A stretch of DNA of 64,000 nucleotides, taken from contig CAYSPG010000001.1 in NCBI GenBank assembly GCA_964432885.1, positions 8,619 through 72,618 of the forward strand. The letters run 5' to 3'. The DNA comes from an uncultured Flavobacteriaceae bacterium. GTDB lineage: Bacteria > Bacteroidota > Bacteroidia > AKYH767-A > OLB10. The notes under the pieces are model-generated. The model made no database searches, was not told the origin of the DNA, and worked only from the letters and a program-made list of their open reading frames with translations. A program made the position numbers and the translations under genes. Shown one piece after another: positions 55,170 to 64,000 of this stretch (position 1 is its first letter; the number at the start of each line of letters is the position of its first letter).

Positions 55170-55924
55170 AAACACCGTTAAACCTGTTTGTTTTAATTAT
55201 TATTTCGCTAAGTGTAACCGCGAAGCAGAATTTTGAAATGGAATTTCAAAAGGCCAACAAACTTTACATGAGCCAGCAATACCAGGCCGCTATTGTTGAG
55301 TACGAAAAAATGATTAAAGACGGTGTTAAGTCCTATGAACTATATTTTAACCTGGGCAATGCGTACTATAAAACATCAAACTTTTCAGCCGCGATATTAA
55401 ATTACGAAAGGGCAAAAAAAATAAAATCGTCTGATGACGATTTGCTGATGAATCTGGCAATGGCAAATCAAAACACCGTTGATAAAATTGAATCTGTTCC
55501 AAAAGTTTTTTATGAAAAATGGTGGGACGATTATTTAACTGAGCAACCTGCCGACACTCGCTCTTTAATTGGAATTTTACTTATATGGATTGCCGCTGCC
55601 ATAGGCATGGTTTACATATTTAACAAACGATATGCAGTTAAGCGCATTTCATTTTTTGTAACGTTTGCTGTTTTGTTTTGCGGTTTGTTTTTTATTTACG
55701 TGGCTTCACAACAAAACAAACTCGAAAACTCATCGGTTGATGCACTAATCTACAAGCCCAGTGCATACGTAAAAGGTTCGCCTGACGAAAAGGGAACCAA
55801 TCTTTTTATGTTGCATGCCGGAACCAAAATTGAAGTAATTGATGAGCTTTCGGGTTGGAAAAAAATAAGAATACCTAATGGCAATGAAGGATGGGTGCAG
55901 AGTGGTGATGTTGAAATTATTTAA
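55166..55924 (+). CDS. batE: BatE-like TPR + SH3 domain protein
   Basis: TPR (YELYFNLGNAYYKTSNFSAAILNYERAKKI), 2 TM helices, C-terminal SH3b (GTKIEVIDELSGWKKIRIPNGNEGWVQSGDV). ATGA overlap with batD. Confidence 0.65.
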   Translation: MKTPLNLFVLIIISLSVTAKQNFEMEFQKANKLYMSQQYQAAIVEYEKMIKDGVKSYELYFNLGNAYYKTSNFSAAILNYERAKKIKSSDDDLLMNLAMANQNTVDKIESVPKVFYEKWWDDYLTEQPADTRSLIGILLIWIAAAIGMVYIFNKRYAVKRISFFVTFAVLFCGLFFIYVASQQNKLENSSVDALIYKPSAYVKGSPDEKGTNLFMLHAGTKIEVIDELSGWKKIRIPNGNEGWVQSGDVEII

Positions 55925-55992
55925 TAGCCTCCAAATAATAATCAACCATTTTTAAATCAAGAAACCTAAAACTAAACAACAAACACTTTCCT

Positions 55993-56676
55993 ATGCATGT
56001 ACCCATAGTTTTTGTTCTTACCACTTTGTTAACGGTATTTTTATTTTATATTGCCTCAAACCGTTCACGCATGTTTTTAATACTTACTGCTGTGTGGATG
56101 CTTTTACAAGCTGTTATTGCCTTTAATGGATTTTATCAAAACACCGTTTCATTTCCTCCTCGTTTAATTTTTCTGGCCCCACCCACATTAATTGTAATTG
56201 CCTTATTGTTTGTAACTCAAAAAGGAAAAAAATTTCTTGACAGGCTTAATCCCGAAATGCTAACCATACTGCATATTATTCGTGTACCGGTTGAACTTGT
56301 TTTATACTGGCTTTTTTTACAAGGCAGTGTTCCTGAACTTATGACTTTTGAAGGTCGTAACTTTGATATTCTTTCAGGATTTAGTGCTCCTTTTGTTTAC
56401 TACTTTGGTTATATAAAAAAGCAAATGAGTAAACCTGTGGTTGTTATCTGGAATTTTGTTTGCCTTGGTTTGCTTGGCAATATTGTTTCTAATGCCGTTC
56501 TGTCAACCCCATATCCGTTTCAGCAATTAGCATTCGATATGCCTAATACAGCCATTTTAAATTTTCCTTATGTATGGCTTCCTTGCATTGTCGTGCCTAT
56601 TGTATTACTTGCTCATCTTGCTTCACTGCGGCATCTCTTTAAAAAAAATACACACATTACATCTGTACCATTTTAA
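55993..56676 (+). CDS. integral membrane protein, unknown function
   Basis: 227 aa with about 6-7 hydrophobic helices. Confidence 0.5.
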   Translation: MHVPIVFVLTTLLTVFLFYIASNRSRMFLILTAVWMLLQAVIAFNGFYQNTVSFPPRLIFLAPPTLIVIALLFVTQKGKKFLDRLNPEMLTILHIIRVPVELVLYWLFLQGSVPELMTFEGRNFDILSGFSAPFVYYFGYIKKQMSKPVVVIWNFVCLGLLGNIVSNAVLSTPYPFQQLAFDMPNTAILNFPYVWLPCIVVPIVLLAHLASLRHLFKKNTHITSVPF

Positions 56677-56702
56677 TACCATTAATATAACCACTCTCTT
56701 CA

Positions 56703-57662
56703 ATGAGTTTTTTATCAAAAATATTTTCAAAAAAAGAAAAAGAAAGTTTAGACAGCGGACTTAATAAAACGCGCGAAAGTTTTTTTTCTAAAATTACCAA
56801 AGCTGTAATAGGTAAATCAACAGTTGATGACGAGGTGCTGGATAATCTGGAAGAAGTTTTGGTGTCATCAGATGTGGGGGTAAGCACAACACTTAAAATT
56901 ATTTCGCGCATACAGGCACGTGTTGCGCGTGATAAATACATTGGTGCCGACAGTTTAAATAAACTTTTAAAAGATGAAATAGCTTTGCTGTTGGAAGAAA
57001 ATAGTTCAAGCGATGTTGCTCACCTTATTGATGAAAATCGAAAGCCTTATGTAATAATGGTTGTTGGTGTAAATGGTGTTGGTAAAACTACCACAATAGG
57101 TAAGCTTGCGCACCAGTTTAAATCATCAGGAAAAAAAGTGCTGCTTGGCGCTGCCGATACCTTTCGTGCTGCAGCAGTTGACCAATTAAATATTTGGGCA
57201 ACACGTGTTGATGTTCCCATAGTGTCGCAGGGGATGAATGCCGACCCGGCCTCGGTAGCATTTGATACAGTAAAATCGGGTTTGGCTCAAAATGCCGATG
57301 TTGTAATTATAGATACAGCAGGCAGGTTGCACAATAAAATTGGTTTGATGAATGAGCTTTCGAAAATTAAACGTGTGATGCAAAAAATTATTCCCAATGC
57401 GCCTCATGAGGTATTGCTGGTGCTTGATGCATCAACAGGGCAAAATGCGATTGAACAGGCTAAACAATTTACAGCAGCCACTGAGGTAAATGCATTGGCT
57501 TTAACAAAATTAGATGGCACAGCCAAGGGCGGTGTGGTTATTGGAATTTCGGATGAGTTTAAAATTCCGGTTAAGTATATTGGGGTAGGAGAGAAGATGA
57601 CAGACTTACAGGCATTTGACAGAGTTGAATTTGTTGATTCATTATTTAATTCTAAAAATTAG
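56703..57662 (+). CDS. ftsY: signal recognition particle receptor FtsY
   Basis: NG domain: GVNGVGKTTTIGKLA, DTAGRLHN, TKLDGTAKGG. Confidence 0.95.
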   Translation: MSFLSKIFSKKEKESLDSGLNKTRESFFSKITKAVIGKSTVDDEVLDNLEEVLVSSDVGVSTTLKIISRIQARVARDKYIGADSLNKLLKDEIALLLEENSSSDVAHLIDENRKPYVIMVVGVNGVGKTTTIGKLAHQFKSSGKKVLLGAADTFRAAAVDQLNIWATRVDVPIVSQGMNADPASVAFDTVKSGLAQNADVVIIDTAGRLHNKIGLMNELSKIKRVMQKIIPNAPHEVLLVLDASTGQNAIEQAKQFTAATEVNALALTKLDGTAKGGVVIGISDEFKIPVKYIGVGEKMTDLQAFDRVEFVDSLFNSKN

Positions 57663-57778
57663 TGGTCGGGTATTAATAGAGTTCTCAAAAATTATTAACC
57701 GTGTGGTACTTAATCGCAATATCAGATTACTTTTTTAGTTTCCTTTAATCGGTAGCAAGTAAAAAATTAATTAGAGCA

Positions 57779-58291
57779 ATGAAAAAAAGACATTTAACAA
57801 AGATTACGTTTACACTTGCAATGATTTTTGTTTGCCTAAACGTTTTTTCGCAAAAGGCGGATAAAAGCTACCGCATTAAAATAACCGATAACCGAAACTT
57901 GCAACATAATTCTTTCGAATATATTTTTAAGGAGGACAGTTTAAAAATTATTGGTGTAAGTGATTTTGGAAAATCAAAGGTTAATTATTATTCAGTTAAA
58001 CTAAAGAAGAAAGAAGTAAAAGCCGTGCGCGAATATTTATTTGCATTTCCTGTCGACTCATTGCAAAAAGAATATTTTGATGATTTTACTTCTTTTGGTT
58101 ACATAGCAGCCGACCATTTTCCACGTGTAATTGAAATAGAATTGAGGCGCGGGCTGATTCAAAGCAAAACCAAAGCAACCAATTGCTGGGTCGAAAAAAT
58201 AAATACACTATTTGAATTTCTTAACCAATACATCCCACTGCCCGAAGTAAAATTGCAATTTAAAAAAGAAGATTTTAAAAAGCATTATTAA
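57779..58291 (+). CDS. hypothetical secreted protein
   Basis: 170-aa ORF with a signal peptide. No motif recognised. Confidence 0.45.
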   Translation: MKKRHLTKITFTLAMIFVCLNVFSQKADKSYRIKITDNRNLQHNSFEYIFKEDSLKIIGVSDFGKSKVNYYSVKLKKKEVKAVREYLFAFPVDSLQKEYFDDFTSFGYIAADHFPRVIEIELRRGLIQSKTKATNCWVEKINTLFEFLNQYIPLPEVKLQFKKEDFKKHY

Positions 58292-58333
58292 ATAAACGCA
58301 GTTGCCGGTTTATTGAATAAGAAAATAAAACTC

Positions 58334-59641
58334 ATGAGAACAAAATCATCAAAACAAGTTAAAGTAAATGTGGTAACACTCGGCTGTTCAAAAAACGTGG
58401 TTGACAGCGAAGTGCTGATGGGACAATTGGAAGCAAATAATTTTGACGTTAAGCATGAAGCTAAATCACATACCGATGTTGTAATAATAAATACCTGCGG
58501 CTTTATTGAAAATGCAAAACAGGAAAGCATTGACACCATTTTACATTACGCCAAGCAAAAGGAAAAAGGCAACATCGAAAAACTAATAGTTACCGGATGT
58601 CTTAGCGAGCGATACAAGCCCCAGTTAAAAAAAGAAATTACGGGTGTAGATGAGTTTTTTGGAACACGCGATTTGCCTTTGCTTCTAAAAACGCTGGGTG
58701 CTGATTACAAACACGAACTAATAGGTGAACGATTGCTTACTACACCGCGCCATTTTGCTTACCTTAAGATATCAGAAGGCTGCGACAGGCCATGCTCATT
58801 TTGCGCAATACCCATAATGCGTGGCAAGCACATTTCAAAACCAATTGAAGAACTTGTGCTTGAAGCAAAACAACTTGCAAAAAACGGAACCAAAGAATTG
58901 CTGCTTATTGCACAAGACAGCACTTTTTATGGCTTGGATATTTATAAAAAACGCAATCTTGCAGAGCTGTTAAACCATCTTTCAGATGTTGAAGGTATTG
59001 AGTGGATTCGACTTCATTATGCTTTTCCTACAGGGTTTCCATTGGAGGTGCTGGATGTAATGCGCGAGCGTAAAAATATTTGCAACTACCTTGATATACC
59101 ATTACAGCACGCAAGCGATGCTATGCTGGCAAGCATGCGAAGAGGTACTACGCGTGAGAAAACCACACAACTTATAAATACAATTCGCGAAAAAGTTCCG
59201 GGTATTGCAATTCGTACAACATTAATATCCGGCTATCCGGGCGAAACAGAAAACGACCATGAGCAAATGCTTGATTTTATTTCTGAAATGAAATTTGAAC
59301 GTATGGGCGTGTTTACCTATTCGCATGAGGAAAACACTCATGCATTTAGCTTAACCGATGATGTACCAATGGAGATTAAACAAAAGCGTGTAGATGAATT
59401 AATGCAGGTGCAGCAACTAATTTCAGAAGGAATAAATAAAGCGAAAATTGGGAAGGTGTTTAAAGTTTTGTTCGACAGAAAAGAAGGAGATTATTTTATT
59501 GGCCGCACCGAATTTGACTCGCCCGAAGTGGATAATGAAGTGCTGGTGGAGGCAAAAAATTATTACGTGCGCATTGGCGATTTTGCCAATGTAAAAATTG
59601 AAAGTGCTCATGCATTTGATTTAAATGGTGTGATTGAATAA
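58334..59641 (+). CDS. rimO: ribosomal protein S12 methylthiotransferase RimO
   Basis: VVTLGCSKNVVDSE MTTase N-domain, radical-SAM CDRPCSFCAIP, C-terminal TRAM. ATG at 58334 preferred over the TTG at 58313. Confidence 0.9.
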   Translation: MRTKSSKQVKVNVVTLGCSKNVVDSEVLMGQLEANNFDVKHEAKSHTDVVIINTCGFIENAKQESIDTILHYAKQKEKGNIEKLIVTGCLSERYKPQLKKEITGVDEFFGTRDLPLLLKTLGADYKHELIGERLLTTPRHFAYLKISEGCDRPCSFCAIPIMRGKHISKPIEELVLEAKQLAKNGTKELLLIAQDSTFYGLDIYKKRNLAELLNHLSDVEGIEWIRLHYAFPTGFPLEVLDVMRERKNICNYLDIPLQHASDAMLASMRRGTTREKTTQLINTIREKVPGIAIRTTLISGYPGETENDHEQMLDFISEMKFERMGVFTYSHEENTHAFSLTDDVPMEIKQKRVDELMQVQQLISEGINKAKIGKVFKVLFDRKEGDYFIGRTEFDSPEVDNEVLVEAKNYYVRIGDFANVKIESAHAFDLNGVIE

Positions 59642-59662
59642 TTGGTTAATTACTGATTGCTT

Positions 59663-59670
59663 TACATTTG
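59663..59670 (+). promoter_or_regulatory. -7 box TAcaTTTG placed 4 nt before the bshC ATG (predicted leaderless transcript)
   Basis: TACATTTG-CAGT-ATG. TTG at 59642-59644, 18 nt upstream of the box. Confidence 0.45.
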
Positions 59671-59674
59671 CAGT

Positions 59675-61276
59675 ATGGAGAAATCAACCATTCCTTTTTC
59701 AGAAACCAATCAGTTTGAAAAAATTATTTCCGACTATTTATCAGGAGTACCGGGATTAAAAAAATTTTACAAATACACTCCATCAATTGATTTGTTTGCT
59801 CAAGTAATTGAAGACCGTAAAAAAATACAGGTAAACAGAACGTTACTGGTTGATGAACTTAAACGGCAATATCACCCTCTTTTTTTTTCTGAGAATGCCG
59901 ATGACGCAGCAACCAAAAAAAATATTCAGTTGCTTGGGAGCGACAATACATTTACAGTTACTACCGGTCATCAGTTAAATATTTTTACTGGTCCGCTTTA
60001 TTTTATTTATAAAATAATTACGGCTATTAATCTTGCTGAAAAACTGCGCGTTAAATTTCCAGAGTACAATTTTGTGCCTGTATATTGGATGGCCACCGAA
60101 GACCATGACTACGAAGAAATTAAAAGTATTGCTGTTTATGGTAAAAAAATTGCATGGGAAACGAATCAGGCAGGAGCTGTTGGAAGATTTAAGTCTGAAG
60201 GTTTTGAAAATTTAATTAGTGAGCTTGAAAACATACTTGATAAAAACGAGAATTCGGCCCGGTTAATCAGTATTCTAAAAAAAGCATACGCCCAAAGCAA
60301 TACACTTGCTGATGCAACCCGCAGTTTTGTTCATTCGCTATTTTCAAAATTTGGATTGGTAATTATTGATGGCGATTCGCAAGAATTAAAAAAGGAAATG
60401 ATTCCTTTGTTTGAAAATGAAATAAATAACCAAACAAGTTTTACGCATGTTTCAAAAACCAATGCCGAAATGCAAATGGAATATGGCATACAGGTACAGC
60501 CACGCGAAATAAATTTGTTTTACCTTTCCGATAAATCGCGCAACCGGATAGCGTTTGATAACAACCGGTACATAGTGGTAGGCACGGATATATCTTTTTC
60601 AAAGGATGAATTGCTTGCTGAAATAAAAAACAACACCCAATGCATTAGTCCTAATGTAATACTGCGTCCGGTTTATCAGGAGTGTATTTTGCCAAACATT
60701 GCCTACATAGGAGGGCCTTCTGAAGTTCATTACTGGCTTCAGTTTAAAGAAATGTTTGAATCGTTTGGTGTTTTTTATCCTATGGTATTACTTCGTAACT
60801 GCGCAATGCTTTTTGCATCCGACACATTAAGCAGGATGCAAAAACTTCGACTGGAAACACACGATTTATTTTTGTTTACCGATCAGTTGATAAAAAAGTA
60901 CATGCATAAGACAGGAGTAAGCGAAATTTCTTTTGATCGCACGATTACCGCGGCTGAAAAACTATTTGATGAACTTTCGGCAAAAGTATCATTAGTTGAT
61001 GGCTCACTAAAGCAAACGGTGGATGCCGAAAAAGCCAAATTTTTTAATTCGCTTAAAAATGTGCAAGCCAAAGTAACGAAAGCACAAAAGTCAAAGGAGG
61101 AGCAAAACCTTAACCAGATTGCTAAATTACGTGACAAATATTTTCCTTCGGGCAGCATGCAGGAAAGGGAAGAAAATATTTTACAATACATTGCTAAATA
61201 CGGTTTTTTATTTATAGATGATTTAATAGCCAAAATGGAACCTGTGCCCAAGGAGTTTTTAATGCTTGAGTTGTAA
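59675..61276 (+). CDS. bshC: bacillithiol biosynthesis cysteine-adding enzyme BshC
   Basis: …TGHQLNIFTGPLYFIYKIITAINLA…YWMATEDHD… signature. About 533 aa from the ATG at 59675. Confidence 0.85.
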   Translation: MEKSTIPFSETNQFEKIISDYLSGVPGLKKFYKYTPSIDLFAQVIEDRKKIQVNRTLLVDELKRQYHPLFFSENADDAATKKNIQLLGSDNTFTVTTGHQLNIFTGPLYFIYKIITAINLAEKLRVKFPEYNFVPVYWMATEDHDYEEIKSIAVYGKKIAWETNQAGAVGRFKSEGFENLISELENILDKNENSARLISILKKAYAQSNTLADATRSFVHSLFSKFGLVIIDGDSQELKKEMIPLFENEINNQTSFTHVSKTNAEMQMEYGIQVQPREINLFYLSDKSRNRIAFDNNRYIVVGTDISFSKDELLAEIKNNTQCISPNVILRPVYQECILPNIAYIGGPSEVHYWLQFKEMFESFGVFYPMVLLRNCAMLFASDTLSRMQKLRLETHDLFLFTDQLIKKYMHKTGVSEISFDRTITAAEKLFDELSAKVSLVDGSLKQTVDAEKAKFFNSLKNVQAKVTKAQKSKEEQNLNQIAKLRDKYFPSGSMQEREENILQYIAKYGFLFIDDLIAKMEPVPKEFLMLEL

Positions 61277-61280
61277 AATT

Positions 61281-61317
61281 AAAAAGGCTGTCGTAAGTTT
61301 TACGACAGCCTTTTTTT
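61281..61317. terminator. bidirectional intrinsic terminator
   Basis: A5, stem ggctgtcgta 61286-61295 / tacgacagcc 61301-61310, T7. Confidence 0.8.
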
Positions 61318-61335
61318 ATTTGAGCTAATTTATTT

Positions 61336-62235
61336 TTATCGCAATACGTAGGATGATGCACCGCTTAAATTTCCGTCAATGTATACTTCTATAACATAGG
61401 TGCCAGGAGTAAAAATGCGCTCACCTTCTTCGTAGTTTATGCATTGATCAGCGTTTTTGTTTTCGTAGTTGGTGGTAGCCATATTGGTGTACATTACTTC
61501 TTCACCACTTGCCATTTTAAATGAGTTTGACCCGGATGCACGGTTACCCATTACTTTTCCGCCTGGTTCAACTACACGCAGGTAAACATTTTTTTCTCCA
61601 CCTTTTGCAATTTTATTTTCAAGTATTGAAAAACATACTTCCATTTTGTTGGTACGTTTGGCCAATGCAGTGGATGTGTACTTTCCATTCCCTTTCTTTT
61701 TAAAAGTGGCTACTTTAAAATATTCAGCTTTTAAAACAGAGGCTGTGGTTACTGTGGCTTCCAGGTTTTTTGAAAGTGTTTCAACCGTACCGGCAAGGTT
61801 GGTGCTGTCTTGTTTCAACCGCTGATTTTCTACCATCAGGGCATCAATCTTGTCTAAATATTCATCGCGTAGTTTTTTTAATGCTTCCAGTTCGGCAGTA
61901 AGTTTTTTATTAAGCGCTGCTGAATTTTTTTCGTTGCGCAGCATCTTTTCAATTTTTGCACGCTGCTCATCAATCTTTCCGTTAGCCTCAGCCAGCAAGC
62001 TGTCTAAATGATCATTAATGCCCTTGTATTTGTTTAGCTCTTCAATGGTAGCGCTTAGTTCCTTTTCAACATCTACACGAGCTGTTATCAAACTGTCTTT
62101 AGCAACTTCAAATGTTTCAACTGCTGATGTGTGGTTGCGCCACTGGTACACATTAAATAAGGCAGATAATGCAAAAAGTATTATCCATATTTTTCCTTTT
62201 CCGCCCGATGACGAACTTGTATTTTGATTTTCCAT
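61336..62235 (-). CDS. membrane-anchored coiled-coil protein, unknown function
   Basis: N-terminal TM (IWIILFALSALFNVYQW), ~150-aa heptad-rich coiled coil, beta-rich C-terminus. ATG at 62235 preferred because a -7 box lies between it and the TTG at 62265. Confidence 0.5.
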   Translation of the reverse strand: MENQNTSSSSGGKGKIWIILFALSALFNVYQWRNHTSAVETFEVAKDSLITARVDVEKELSATIEELNKYKGINDHLDSLLAEANGKIDEQRAKIEKMLRNEKNSAALNKKLTAELEALKKLRDEYLDKIDALMVENQRLKQDSTNLAGTVETLSKNLEATVTTASVLKAEYFKVATFKKKGNGKYTSTALAKRTNKMEVCFSILENKIAKGGEKNVYLRVVEPGGKVMGNRASGSNSFKMASGEEVMYTNMATTNYENKNADQCINYEEGERIFTPGTYVIEVYIDGNLSGASSYVLR

Positions 62236-62262
62236 TTTAATTAGTGGTTTTTTAATTTCTGA

Positions 62263-62270
62263 CAAAAGTA
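62263..62270 (-). promoter_or_regulatory. -7 box TActTTTG for the coiled-coil protein gene
   Basis: Exact TAnnTTTG on the minus strand, 27 nt upstream of the ATG at 62235. Confidence 0.4.
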
Positions 62271-62346
62271 AAAGGATATAAATACCAACTCTTGTTTTTT
62301 AAGGTGCTGTTATGAACATGGGTAGTGTTAATATAATCAGGTAAAA

Positions 62347-63375
62347 TCAAATTGCCATTCGTGCCAGTGGAGCAACCTCAAGGGTTGCAAATTCTTTTTC
62401 AAGGTACTTATAATAAGCGGCTGTACCTATCATAGCAGCATTATCGGTACACAATGAAATAGCTGGTATGTAAATATTCCAGCCGAGTTCATCAGCTGTT
62501 TTTTTTAGTTGACCTCGCAACCCGCTGTTAGCAGATACGCCTCCTGCTACTGCCACATGCTTTATCCCGGTTTGATTAACCGCTTTTTTAAGTTTGGAAA
62601 TTAGTATATCAACAATGGTTTTTTGTACTGATGCGCATAAATCATTTTTACGGGTATTTAAAAAAAAAGCATCCTTTTTTGTATTTTCATTTATAAAATA
62701 CATTACCGCTGTTTTTAATCCGCTAAACGAAAAATTTAAATCGGGTATTTGAGGGTGTGGAAACCTGAAAGCTTTTTCATTACCCGTTGCTGCCATTTTA
62801 TCAATCAGGGGGCCACCCGGATATGGCACCTCAAGTGTTTTGGCAATTTTGTCAAAGGCCTCGCCTGCGGCATCATCAAGTGTTTGTCCAATTATATGCA
62901 TTTTCAGATGAGATTCCACCATCACAATTTGTGTGTGACCACCCGACACGGTAAGGCATAAAAATGGAAATTGCGGAATTTCTCTTTTCTCGTTTTTTTG
63001 CAATGCAAAATTTGCAAGCACATGAGCCTCCATATGGTTTACTTCAATAAGTCTGACATTAAGTGCCAGCGCAAATGATTTGGCAAAGGAAACACCAACC
63101 ATTAGCGAACCAATTAAACCGGGGCCTCGTGTAAACGCAATTGCATGTAATTGTGATTTGGATATGCCGGAAATTTTAATGGCTTGGTTTACTACAGGAA
63201 CTATATTGCTTTGATGTGCCCGGCTTGCTAGTTCAGGAACAACCCCTCCATACTTTTGGTGTACATCCTGATTGGCTATAACATTGCTTAATACTACATT
63301 GTTACACACCACGGCAGCCGAAGTTTCATCACACGATGATTCGATGGATAGGATATAAACGTTGTTGCTATTCAT
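62347..63375 (-). CDS. tsaD: tRNA N6-adenosine threonylcarbamoyltransferase TsaD
   Basis: ILSIESSCDETSAAV, …HMEAHVLA…, …VSGGHTQ…, GGVSAN. ATG at 63375 preferred over the GTG at 63408. Confidence 0.95.
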   Translation of the reverse strand: MNSNNVYILSIESSCDETSAAVVCNNVVLSNVIANQDVHQKYGGVVPELASRAHQSNIVPVVNQAIKISGISKSQLHAIAFTRGPGLIGSLMVGVSFAKSFALALNVRLIEVNHMEAHVLANFALQKNEKREIPQFPFLCLTVSGGHTQIVMVESHLKMHIIGQTLDDAAGEAFDKIAKTLEVPYPGGPLIDKMAATGNEKAFRFPHPQIPDLNFSFSGLKTAVMYFINENTKKDAFFLNTRKNDLCASVQKTIVDILISKLKKAVNQTGIKHVAVAGGVSANSGLRGQLKKTADELGWNIYIPAISLCTDNAAMIGTAAYYKYLEKEFATLEVAPLARMAI

Positions 63376-63466
63376 TAAAAGTTTACTGTTGAAATATAAT
63401 TTTAGCACCCAATAGTGTTATCTGCTATATAGGTAAATTCACACCAATTTTTAAAAACTCAAAAGT

Positions 63467-64000
63467 ATCAAAAAGGTTTTCAAAATATTTTTAATTGTTT
63501 TTGGGTCGCTATTGCTGCTGCTTTTTGTTTTTACCATGCTGCTTCGCCTGCCATATGTTCAGTCATGGGCTGTTAACCGGGTTACAGGTTTTCTTTCGTC
63601 TGAACTAAAAACCAGAGTGGAAGTGGGCAGTGTTGACTTTGAGTTTTTCAGAAGTTTTGTGTTTAATGATGTTTATGTGCAGGATATGCATGATGACACA
63701 TTGCTTTTTGTTTCAAACCTTAAAGCAACCATAGGCATGCATACGCTGTTTAGCGATAATAAAAAACTTGTGCTAAACAAAGTTCAGTTAACCAATGCCC
63801 GTATTGAACTAAAACGTTACAAAGAAGATAAAGGATTAAGCTTTCAGTTTTTGATTGATTATTTTGCTGCTGCTCCTACGGATACGCTTCCTCCCAAACC
63901 ATTTGATTTTTCAATCAACACCATTGTTTTACAAAACAATCATGTAACTTATCGCGATTTGCGGTGGGATGATACAACTCCTTGTATTGATTTTGAAGAT
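63467..64000 (+). CDS. TamB-like translocation/assembly module protein, N-terminal part (runs off window), probable ATC start
   Basis: Frame open from 63455 to the window end. N-terminal TM anchor KIFLIVFGSLLLLLFVFTMLL precedes the first ATG (63536). ATC at 63467 gives (M)KKVFKIFLIV…. Followed by RVEVGSVDFEFFRSFVFNDVYVQD. Confidence 0.55.
   Translation, partial: MKKVFKIFLIVFGSLLLLLFVFTMLLRLPYVQSWAVNRVTGFLSSELKTRVEVGSVDFEFFRSFVFNDVYVQDMHDDTLLFVSNLKATIGMHTLFSDNKKLVLNKVQLTNARIELKRYKEDKGLSFQFLIDYFAAAPTDTLPPKPFDFSINTIVLQNNHVTYRDLRWDDTTPCIDFED

Overview
AT-rich chromosomal segment that reads as Bacteroidota. Evidence: four secreted proteins with type-IX-secretion (T9SS) C-terminal sorting domains, BatD/BatE, BshC, flexirubin-type pigment genes, TAnnTTTG -7 promoter boxes and almost no Shine-Dalgarno sequences. 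I call about 60 protein genes and one tRNA-Lys(CTT). Most of the window is core housekeeping: thrS-infC-rpmI-rplT, era-der, ychF, ftsY, rimO, bshC, tsaD, a TamB-like gene, rlpA, an arginine decarboxylase/arginase-family pair, an acyl-CoA carboxyltransferase, an M32 carboxypeptidase, and a YdeP-type molybdoenzyme with fdhD. The only clear accessory block is 25.8-39.8 kb, an incomplete and interrupted flexirubin/aryl-polyene-like pigment locus. It holds a DarA-like gene, a flavin-halogenase-like gene, a CrtI-like oxidoreductase, a 1280-aa MMPL/acyltransferase/methyltransferase fusion, a tyrosine-ammonia-lyase-like gene, FabG and a KAS. A second candidate module is a four-gene envelope operon at 19.4-23.2 kb (T9SS cargo, TlpA, beta-barrel, CxxC Omp28-like lipoprotein). 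I found no CRISPR array, transposase, integrase, phage genes or recognisable defence system, and I cannot point to a clearly novel protein system. The most unusual signals are non-coding or concern gene starts. (1) 7-nt-periodic NNTAAAC/T arrays sit in phase against several start codons. (2) Three genes have an exact TAnnTTTG box 4 nt before the ATG, which predicts leaderless mRNAs. (3) Three genes have conserved N-termini that require ATC or ATA start codons; one is infC, which has ATA plus a rare AGGAGG. (4) Two complex hairpin/repeat elements fill the gaps between convergent genes. All functional calls come from reading motifs in the supplied translations. No database search was run.
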